64,000 bases of DNA, from IMG/VR virus record IMGVR_UViG_3300037067_027627; one strand, 5' to 3'. This document shows positions 36,091 to 43,278 of this stretch, one piece after another (the stretch's first letter is position 1; each line of letters opens with the position of its first letter). Under the pieces are notes generated by a model. That model was not told where the DNA came from. It made no database searches and saw nothing but the letters and a program-made list of their open reading frames with translations. The stretch is from a virus. Its lineage: Duplodnaviria; Heunggongvirae; Uroviricota; Caudoviricetes. Made by a program: the position numbers and the translations under genes.

Positions 36091-36154
36091 TATTGCATTG
36101 TGTTCTTGTTATTACTTATGTATGTTCGATTCTGTATATATAACTTGTCACAAA

Positions 36155-36418
36155 TCACCCATCATCAGGATCTTTGCGTTCACATTCTGCACATTTTGTG
36201 TAGATTTTGCTGCGTATGTCCAGTATTACATTTGCAACCGCGCATGCTTGCGTAAACGTCAACGGAATTTCCGTGGTGTTTACTGGGTCTTCTATGACCA
36301 TCACGTAGTCACGGAACCACCCACGCTTCAGCAGAAGACCAGACAACTTACTGTTAAGCTTCGTCAATGAAACCGTTGTGTTGTTCGTAGTGCATTCTAT
36401 AATCACTCTCTGCAACAT
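36155..36418 (-). CDS. Hypothetical protein
   Basis: Start at MLQRVIIE, preceded by GAGGTGAAAAGA-ATG. The ORF-track start is a GTG inside the leader. Confidence 0.45.
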   Translation of the reverse strand: MLQRVIIECTTNNTTVSLTKLNSKLSGLLLKRGWFRDYVMVIEDPVNTTEIPLTFTQACAVANVILDIRSKIYTKCAECERKDPDDG

Positions 36419-36671
36419 TCTTTTCACCTCGTAAAATTCAATGTGCCTAACACGGGGGTATGAGCCCCGCGTGTTGTAATGGCGATTCGAATCCTGTTTG
36501 GACTCAGGACTCCGACTTACGTGTATGATGTCCCCGCGTTTAACGCAGGGAAATTCCGGATACGACGTTTGACCATCGTATCCGGTACCTGATATGAAGT
36601 AAATCCGATCCTAACGTGTCGGGCGCGGGTCAATAGTGTCAACCACCACCCCAAGTCAATACTTGGGAAGA

Positions 36672-36712
36672 CCGTGAACGGGGCTCGCACCCGTCATGCC
36701 GCTAGTCCACGG
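36672..36712 (-). repeat. Intergenic tRNA-like minihelix repeat, copy 6
   Basis: CCGTGAACGGGGCTCGCACCCGTCATGCCGCTAGTCCACGG. Lies 5 nt after the stop of 36718..36987. Confidence 0.8.
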
Positions 36713-36717
36713 TTGCC

Positions 36718-36987
36718 TCATCTTTCTATCGTATACACGCCCTCTGCCAGTTTTTCAACTGCACGAATTACATCGCTTCTTTTTGGGAACATAAACCCCT
36801 TGGGATGCCGTAGAAATGCTTTTACAAACCCGGGCAATTCCCACCCTTCCATGACATTCGCGTCTACTGCAAGCAGATAATCTGCCAATTCGTCAAAGCA
36901 CTCGTCGCAGATATACCCAAACTTCGGATTATATCTATGGCACAACACGTGATGACACCCTTCGCGATTGCAATCCTTTACACTCAT
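36718..36987 (-). CDS. Cys/His-rich small protein
   Basis: CNREGCHHVLCHRYNPKFGYICDECFDE. Confidence 0.45.
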   Translation of the reverse strand: MSVKDCNREGCHHVLCHRYNPKFGYICDECFDELADYLLAVDANVMEGWELPGFVKAFLRHPKGFMFPKRSDVIRAVEKLAEGVYTIER

Positions 36988-37001
36988 TTCTCACCTCTCT
37001 G

Positions 37002-37499
37002 TCATTGTTCTGATCTGGTTTGCAACCATGATATGACACTGATCTCGTATGAAACCGTATCGATATTTTTTCTACGATCTCTGATAGCTGTATCGAAGTC
37101 TCCGCCGGGTTTCAAATTTAATTTCTCGATCCATGTCTTCGCGACTTCGTAATCGATTATTAGGAACATATGCCCGGGATCACGCATTGGGGGGAATTTC
37201 GATATTTCAAGTCCCTTTGCAATCTTGAATGGCTGGAAATCATCAACCGGGATAAGATTCATAAGTTTCCATTCATCGCCCCGTTTTACAGGTGTAACGA
37301 ACTGGAGTTTTCCGGGATATCCACACTCATCTGCGAGAACCCACTCGTAATCAGAAAGGAGATTGTGATCCATTACAGCCGACCGCAAATCCTCGCGAAG
37401 AATCCTGTTAAGCGACTTCAATTGCTTTTCTTTATCCCGAATTTGACGTACCACTTCATTTCTCTCATCAAATGCTTCCTGACTATTCATTGAAATCAC
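37002..37499 (-). CDS. Hypothetical protein
   Basis: 165-aa ORF. Confidence 0.45.
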   Translation of the reverse strand: MISMNSQEAFDERNEVVRQIRDKEKQLKSLNRILREDLRSAVMDHNLLSDYEWVLADECGYPGKLQFVTPVKRGDEWKLMNLIPVDDFQPFKIAKGLEISKFPPMRDPGHMFLIIDYEVAKTWIEKLNLKPGGDFDTAIRDRRKNIDTVSYEISVISWLQTRSEQ

Positions 37500-38080
37500 C
37501 TCTTATACTTGCATTTCCAGAACATGGGTTGGATCGATTCGACAACGCCGCCATATCCATCATGAGTATGACACATCAGTCGTAACATCGTTTCAACATC
37601 ATCACATCCGAGTGGGTTATGACGCGGTTTTCTGGGGAAGTTGCAAAAGAACAACCCTCCATCTTTCAGCAAACCCTGTATATCTAACAGAATCTCTGTA
37701 ATTGAACCCCCGTCCGGTTGAACGTTCAGAACATTGCTTGCGAACACCACATCGTAATCATGATCGATCGCGTGATAATCGTGAAGACCAACGACAAAGT
37801 TATTCCCGATCTCCCACGCGGTGCAATCAAATCCTGCGTCTCGTAGAAGTTTCGTTCCCAAAGCATCCTTCCCGGCACCAAAATCTAAAATTTTATCAGT
37901 TTTGTTGACGTGTTCCATCACGATCTTTGGTAACGCCTGTCGTATCGAGAACGATTTGGAATACGTCGCATTCACAAATTTAGTATAATTCGGGTTGTCA
38001 ATCATCATCCACCCATTGTCGTATGGTTGTGCGTGCAAATACTTTATCCCCCTTTGTATAAAACGATCCTTGCGATCCAA
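37496..38080 (-). CDS. Class I SAM-dependent methyltransferase
   Basis: Motif I ILDFGAGKDALG, followed by acidic and aromatic post-I/II residues (AGFDC, VVFASNVL). Confidence 0.6.
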   Translation of the reverse strand: MDRKDRFIQRGIKYLHAQPYDNGWMMIDNPNYTKFVNATYSKSFSIRQALPKIVMEHVNKTDKILDFGAGKDALGTKLLRDAGFDCTAWEIGNNFVVGLHDYHAIDHDYDVVFASNVLNVQPDGGSITEILLDIQGLLKDGGLFFCNFPRKPRHNPLGCDDVETMLRLMCHTHDGYGGVVESIQPMFWKCKYKR

Positions 38081-38399
38081 ATCCTAAGTCTGGAACCCAC
38101 CCCTCCGGGCAAATGGATTTGACTTTCTCCCTTGCTTCCTCTTCATCTCGGTACTTCTTTACCTCGAATGAAAACGATTTCATCACCATTTTCTTTCCGA
38201 CAAGATCCAGATATCGCACTGTCATCTTTTTTACGTTCGAGCTTGCAAGACGATTCATCGTAGCGTTCACGAATTGTTCGCGCGTGAGCTCGATATCGAC
38301 AAACGTAACTCCAGATGTTTTATCTTCTATGGTGATGCGTATTGAATCGTCATAAGACGACAATATACTTATTCGCCCATCAATATCTTTAATAGTCAC
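37998..38399 (-). CDS. Hypothetical protein
   Basis: 133-aa ORF. Overlaps the upstream gene by ~80 nt, so the true start may be later. Confidence 0.4.
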   Translation of the reverse strand: MTIKDIDGRISILSSYDDSIRITIEDKTSGVTFVDIELTREQFVNATMNRLASSNVKKMTVRYLDLVGKKMVMKSFSFEVKKYRDEEEAREKVKSICPEGWVPDLGFGSQGSFYTKGDKVFARTTIRQWVDDD

Positions 38400-38943
38400 A
38401 CTCTATCCCCGCCTTGTTGCATACATCACGCCAGAATCCCTTAAACCCAATTTTGGATTTAAAGTGTGGATCTGCTGCAATCATTCTTTTGATGATCTCG
38501 TTGCTTTCCCAGAGTTCGGATCTGATCTTTGATGCTGCAAAATCGAAATCCGCCATATCCGGCATAACCATCATCCACTTGTGATGATATACTGGGGAGG
38601 AATCCCCGGAATATTCACGAATGGATACCTCGCTTGTTTTTGGTTTGTAGTTTAAAGACGCATACAGAACCGGCTCGCGGTATTTGCGCCACCCTTCTAC
38701 ATAAAGGAATGAAATCGCATCGATAACCCCACCATGCACGGTAAGTTTTACCAGTTGGTAGTCATATGGATCCGGAATCTTATGCGTTTTTACCCGGGCA
38801 AGAATTCTTGTGAGTCTTACGAACTCATCGAAGAACGGCTTTGGTTCCAGATAAATGGTCGATTCCTTGTGGATATACCAGTTGTCAACAACCACCTTCC
38901 CACGGAACGACTTCATCCTTTCAATTGACTTGATTTGTACCAT
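38389..38943 (-). CDS. Hypothetical protein
   Basis: 184-aa ORF. Confidence 0.45.
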   Translation of the reverse strand: MVQIKSIERMKSFRGKVVVDNWYIHKESTIYLEPKPFFDEFVRLTRILARVKTHKIPDPYDYQLVKLTVHGGVIDAISFLYVEGWRKYREPVLYASLNYKPKTSEVSIREYSGDSSPVYHHKWMMVMPDMADFDFAASKIRSELWESNEIIKRMIAADPHFKSKIGFKGFWRDVCNKAGIECDY

Positions 38944-39080
38944 ACCTTCTTACCCCCGATTTCAATACAGAACTCTTTACTCGAACCATACCCGCGAACA
39001 TCTTCTATGGTCACGTATCCCTGTGTTGGGGAAAATAACCTGTCGCCTTTCTTGAATGTGACAATTTCATGCTTAGTCAT
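38913..39080 (-). CDS. Small hypothetical protein (~55 aa)
   Basis: Start placed at MTKHEIV after the SD GGAGGA. The longer ORF-track version reads through repeat copy 7. Confidence 0.35.
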   Translation of the reverse strand: MTKHEIVTFKKGDRLFSPTQGYVTIEDVRGYGSSKEFCIEIGGKKVWYKSSQLKG

Positions 39081-39117
39081 TTGTCCTCCATTCTTCAACA
39101 TTGCCCAAACGGGCAGA

Positions 39118-39156
39118 CCGTGAACGGGGCTCGCACCCGTTTGCCGCTCGACACGG
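39118..39156 (-). repeat. Intergenic tRNA-like minihelix repeat, copy 7
   Basis: CCGTGAACGGGGCTCGCACCCGTTTGCCGCTCGACACGG. Its extended upstream flank TTCAACATTGCCCAAACGGGCAGA is shared with copy 8. Confidence 0.8.
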
Positions 39157-39177
39157 AATCCTAGATGACGTGCGTTA

Positions 39178-39381
39178 TTATTTACCTTCTGCATTTTTAA
39201 CCAGTGCACTAAGAGCAGACCCCACCACAATCATGGACAATGCCATTACCCACAATACCCACATGAACGTTGTTGCATTGATCGTATGCATTATCAAAAA
39301 TGAATTACAGTAAGATGATGTAATCCCGACAAACAACAAAATCGTTCCGATAACTTTGACTCCGGTGCCGTTCATTATCAT
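39178..39381 (-). CDS. Small membrane protein
   Basis: 67 aa with two hydrophobic helices. Confidence 0.4.
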   Translation of the reverse strand: MIMNGTGVKVIGTILLFVGITSSYCNSFLIMHTINATTFMWVLWVMALSMIVVGSALSALVKNAEGK

Positions 39382-39722
39382 TATGTTGGCCTCCCTTTGA
39401 TCCGGGTTGAATCTTCTTCATCCATTTGCTTGATCTTATCCGCACGTTCCTGAGCCTCACGTGCCGACATCATGATCGACTCTTCGATCTCGTGAAGACC
39501 ATCCGCGCAATAATCAAGCGTTACGTTACACCGCTTTGCACGTTTGTCCCACAAAGTCATCGTTCCTTCAAACGTTGCCTTCACTTCTGAACAAGTTAAT
39601 GGTTTGCGGCAATGTGCGCAAACAGTGATCGGGGTTTCAGGAATAGGCATATCGTTTGCAATTGATACAATGTCACCCGGAAAATCCGGGTGCCATACGC
39701 CTTCTTTGTCGATAATTCCCAT
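39381..39722 (-). CDS. Hypothetical Cys-containing protein
   Basis: 113-aa ORF. Confidence 0.45.
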   Translation of the reverse strand: MGIIDKEGVWHPDFPGDIVSIANDMPIPETPITVCAHCRKPLTCSEVKATFEGTMTLWDKRAKRCNVTLDYCADGLHEIEESIMMSAREAQERADKIKQMDEEDSTRIKGRPT

Positions 39723-39725
39723 ACT

Positions 39726-40721
39726 CTACACCCGTATTTCCATGAGGAGAGCCTGCGATCTCTGAACAACATCATGCCCGTCAACAACCCGCAGAAACCG
39801 GTTTGCTTGCCAGTTCTGGGTCTTGCGGAATGGGTCAACATGGTTAACGACATCCACGACGCTGTTATAGAGTGCCCACGCGGTTCCTTTGAATCTTGCT
39901 AAGTCTGCCGATTTCTCAAACCGGTTCAGCACAATATCCTTCAGATACTGACGATTCGCCATGCGCCGCGCAGTGTCCCCAACTTCAGGAGCCGGGAAGA
40001 GATCATCCAAGAACTTCGTAACTTCATCAGCGTAAAGATTGATCGCGAGAAGTTTCTCGGCTGCTTCCGGGAATCCAGCGACATAATCATCCACCAGACC
40101 AAGAACCTGCTGAGCTTCCTTGACTTTGCTCTGAATATCCCCGGTGTGTTCAATGAAACACACGCGCTTCGCCCCACCGAGTGCCATCGTCAATGTATTT
40201 TGACAAACAACACGCGTTGTTACCATTGCGGCAATCATAGAAGATTTGCCATCAAACGAGTTTACGAAGCACACATACGGGGCGATCTTATCTCCGAATA
40301 TATCGAAGTCCTTGTTTGACTTTGCAAGAATCCACGTTTTACATGCTCCGTTGTATGGGGATATGAGAACACCGCCGGTCTCATACCGCACATCTCCGCC
40401 CCCGAGCAGTTCATCTGTGAATGCGAACGCCTCGCTATTCTGAACAATGCGGTAATCATCGGAGACAATCCCAAGAATACGGAGATCTGTATCCCTGACG
40501 ACTGCGAACTGATGCGGGATCTTTTTCCTTACATCTACCCCAAGAGTTGCTGCACTGAAATCTGCTGGGATACACGCCTCGAACGGGACAAACTTTGCCT
40601 TAAAGTTCATACCGCCCATCTCCATCGCGACCGTACTATTCGGGGCTTCGGAAAGAACATTCCCAAGACCATGCCATGCCGGTTTTTGATACAAGAAACA
40701 CTGTTCAATATCGTGTGACAT
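39726..40721 (-). CDS. Hypothetical 331-aa protein, possibly an abundant structural protein
   Basis: Start at MSHDIEQ after AAGGTGGAAAAAGA-ATG. The ORF-track N-terminus is a TTG-initiated read-through of the conserved leader. No fold recognised; the structural guess rests only on the strong conserved leader. Confidence 0.45.
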   Translation of the reverse strand: MSHDIEQCFLYQKPAWHGLGNVLSEAPNSTVAMEMGGMNFKAKFVPFEACIPADFSAATLGVDVRKKIPHQFAVVRDTDLRILGIVSDDYRIVQNSEAFAFTDELLGGGDVRYETGGVLISPYNGACKTWILAKSNKDFDIFGDKIAPYVCFVNSFDGKSSMIAAMVTTRVVCQNTLTMALGGAKRVCFIEHTGDIQSKVKEAQQVLGLVDDYVAGFPEAAEKLLAINLYADEVTKFLDDLFPAPEVGDTARRMANRQYLKDIVLNRFEKSADLARFKGTAWALYNSVVDVVNHVDPFRKTQNWQANRFLRVVDGHDVVQRSQALLMEIRV

Positions 40722-40757
40722 TCTTTTTCCACCTTCAACATTGCCCAAACGGGCAGA

Positions 40758-40797
40758 CCGTGAACGGGGCTCGCACCCGTTCGCTTGCTAGTCACGG
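40758..40797 (-). repeat. Intergenic tRNA-like minihelix repeat, copy 8
   Basis: CCGTGAACGGGGCTCGCACCCGTTCGCTTGCTAGTCACGG. Abuts the stop codon of 40798..41226. Confidence 0.8.
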
Positions 40798-41226
40798 TTA
40801 TGGATTGTTTGATCCCCAAAGTTCATCGGTCACGGATACAAGAATCTTCCGTACAACTTCCCGATCCACGTGTTCGTATAAAATCATGCGGTGTTCTCCA
40901 CATAGTTGCGCGTCAGCTTCGTATTGGTCGCATGCAGGTTTCTGATAACCAAAGGCAAACCGCACGACTGCAACCCAGTATTGATTCTGATCCGGTTCGT
41001 GTGATAACGGTTTAAACCCCTGATGAATAAATCCACCCAGATATTCACTCTTGTGAAAAAACGCTTCGTCGCCATCCTGCGCCAGTAACCGGTATCTTCC
41101 GTCTGGGAGTCTTCGCAGTAACGTTGCAGTACCCGGTACTTCTCCGGTGTTGGTTGTAATTAATATCCCATTATCAGACTTTTCGTTTTCCGTCATATCC
41201 GGGTTCCCCCATTTTTGTATGATCAC
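40798..41226 (-). CDS. Hypothetical protein
   Basis: 142-aa ORF. Confidence 0.45.
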   Translation of the reverse strand: MIIQKWGNPDMTENEKSDNGILITTNTGEVPGTATLLRRLPDGRYRLLAQDGDEAFFHKSEYLGGFIHQGFKPLSHEPDQNQYWVAVVRFAFGYQKPACDQYEADAQLCGEHRMILYEHVDREVVRKILVSVTDELWGSNNP

Positions 41227-41440
41227 GCCCGATGTGCCAAGATCGGCAGTTGCTACAAAAGTATGCGTTGAAATCGTAACCGGTCTTAACTTTCATTGCA
41301 GATGCTGCTTCTTTCGCCATTACCTCATCCACATGCCGGACTTTGTTGCCGCACGATCGTGCTCTCTTCAAAGCTTCCCAAAAAACGCGCCCGCCATATG
41401 TAATTTTCTGAGGCTTGTTTTTAGTCTTCATGAAAATCAC
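41174..41440 (-). CDS. Hypothetical Cys-containing protein
   Basis: 88 aa. Overlaps the previous ORF, so the true start is possibly later. Confidence 0.35.
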   Translation of the reverse strand: MIFMKTKNKPQKITYGGRVFWEALKRARSCGNKVRHVDEVMAKEAASAMKVKTGYDFNAYFCSNCRSWHIGRDHTKMGEPGYDGKRKV

Positions 41441-41446
41441 AACGGG

Positions 41447-41749
41447 TTAATCGTTTACAGTTACCAGTCCGTGCCGCTTCAGCACGTCTTGAAGTTCATT
41501 TGTGAACTGAACATCCGGAATACGATCTTTCTTGTTTCCGCCATCAATCGCGTTGATGTGTTTCCCTGTTGTAGTGCCCCACACGTTCACAGATACTCTG
41601 GGCAGTTTCCCGGGTTCACAGAATGCAACAACCGTATTGTATGAGAACCAAAGCGACAGTTCCCCAATATCAACACGTTGCGCATGCACTCCATAATTAT
41701 CATTTGCGTAATTCGCATACCCGCGAATCTTAATGTTTCCAACTTGCAT
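41447..41749 (-). CDS. Hypothetical protein
   Basis: 100 aa, preceded by the conserved leader GAAGGTGAAAAAAGA-ATG. Confidence 0.45.
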   Translation of the reverse strand: MQVGNIKIRGYANYANDNYGVHAQRVDIGELSLWFSYNTVVAFCEPGKLPRVSVNVWGTTTGKHINAIDGGNKKDRIPDVQFTNELQDVLKRHGLVTVND

Positions 41750-41794
41750 TCTTTTTTCACCTTCGTTTAGTTCAAATTACCGGATTCCCGGAAC

Positions 41795-41830
41795 ACCGAT
41801 CCCCGACTCGCACGGGTTGTATGCGTTATT
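41795..41830 (-). repeat. Degenerate ninth copy of the repeat: T-arm-like hairpin CCCG-UGCGAGU-CGGG plus the conserved leader
   Basis: Minus strand ACCCGTGCGAGTCGGGG followed by ...CGAAGGTGAAAAAAGAATG. The outer stem is not conserved. Confidence 0.4.
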
Positions 41831-42530
41831 ACTATTTGGAATTCGTTTCGGCCTAATTTAATGTGGTGAATTCGACATTTAACGGCAGTCGATGCCAGTA
41901 TAACCAAATACATTCTACATACTCTAAATATAACACTCTGTTCAAAACAATTCCAAATACGCGGGGTTACACCGCAGGTATATTACATAATCGGTGGTTC
42001 TCTGTGTTGGGCGCACACATCATCGTATCATGCGGATACATGAGGGGATTCGTAACAAAGAAACAAAATGAGTAAGTTAAAGCCTACAACGGGCACGATC
42101 GCAGATAACGCGCGCCAATAACTGTGCACACGCCCGGAGATCTTCCCCCGTGTAGTATTCAAACTTCCATCCGCACCAGTGACTCTTCAAGCGCGGGTTC
42201 ACTATTCCCCCGCTCCAGTTTTACGGTGTCAACATGTTCATCGTGGCACATTGTGCTTAATAGTTCTGTCCTGTTGCTCGATGGCGTTGGACTGTCGGTG
42301 TGGTAGACTGAACACGTTTACGTTACCGCGTATAGTATTGCGGATGTGCATCGGATAACGGCATAACGGGGCTTCTCCACCGAGAACGGGGTTTTAGGGA
42401 CGCCGTAGCGAACCTCTTTCCCGTCGTTCTGGGTTTCGGGTGTCCGTTTTGCCATGATCAATCTAGGATGGGGTTCTATTTAAACCTTCTCCACTTAATG
42501 GGAATTAAGTGTTAATCCGTCCGAATGTTG

Positions 42531-42590
42531 ACCTAGTGAAATACTACGTAGTATACTACGTAGTATTCTATAACTAGGGAACCATCGGGA
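42531..42590. promoter_or_regulatory. Nested palindrome cluster: two overlapping ATACTACGTAGTAT palindromes flanked by CCTAGT/ACTAGG
   Basis: Direct reading of the sequence at 42531-42590. Further palindromes nearby at 42622 (GCGCGC-A-GCGCGC), 42685 (CCCGGG-TGAT-CCCGGG) and 42721 (GACCGTT-TAT-AACGGTC). Confidence 0.5.
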
Positions 42591-42872
42591 TTCCGGGGTT
42601 CTGCAAAGGATTACAGGGATGGCGCGCAGCGCGCGATATTGGGGTTCTGGGCGGGTTTTTGACCTTTTACGGAGAAACACACACCCGGGTGATCCCGGGC
42701 AACGGAAGCCCTATATTAAAGACCGTTTATAACGGTCTGCCTATAGGATGTTGCTCCAGTGTCTTACCCAACTCATCATAGTAGCACCATTCACATACCG
42801 GTTTGCCGTTAATGCAATGGGGTTCATCATCGGAACACTGTAACTTGATCTCTTCCCCGCACAATGTACACT

Positions 42873-43205
42873 TCATAAGAACTTCTCGTGATTTGGTGAC
42901 AGCCGATAATACGTTGTGCCAAACAATCTTTCACGCTCGTTCTTTGGTGCTGGTTTCGGAAGCGCGATCAGAAATCCATCATCTTTCATTTTCCACACAG
43001 CGCGCCTAAACCCGGCATAACTACACACCCTGCGATATTTCAATACGAACTGTTTATACACATTCCAGTTTTTAAACATAAAGTATGGTGTTACCTTATC
43101 ATTACGGTCTAATAACCACTTTATGAAAGCGCGTTGTGACATCGCATCTGATTTCCGAGGCGATAACAACATCACCTCTTCATCAATACCACCTTGCATT
43201 GCCAT
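42873..43205 (-). CDS. Winged-helix DNA-binding protein (putative transcriptional regulator)
   Basis: 110 aa. The start codon overlaps the near-palindrome ATACTAATACGTAGTAT, related to the 42541 palindromes. A TTTAAATA TATA-like box sits ~35 nt upstream on the minus strand. Confidence 0.4.
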   Translation of the reverse strand: MAMQGGIDEEVMLLSPRKSDAMSQRAFIKWLLDRNDKVTPYFMFKNWNVYKQFVLKYRRVCSYAGFRRAVWKMKDDGFLIALPKPAPKNERERLFGTTYYRLSPNHEKFL

Positions 43206-43278
43206 ACTAATACGTAGTATTCAAAAAAGATAAAGATGTCGGATCCCCGTTCTAGGTTTTCTCATCATAAAATCGAAT

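Noticed and set aside
22331-40797. Possible CRISPR array, because of repeated ~40-nt units with a conserved hairpin.
   Set aside because: Spacing between copies is 1.4-3.6 kb and irregular. The intervening sequence is protein-coding, and no cas genes are present. The copies are UTR elements, not a repeat-spacer array.
22331-40797. Reading the repeats as rho-independent terminators.
   Set aside because: None of the copies is followed by a U-tract on the minus (sense) strand. The element is branched like a tRNA minihelix, not a simple GC-rich hairpin. Termination by another mechanism is not excluded.
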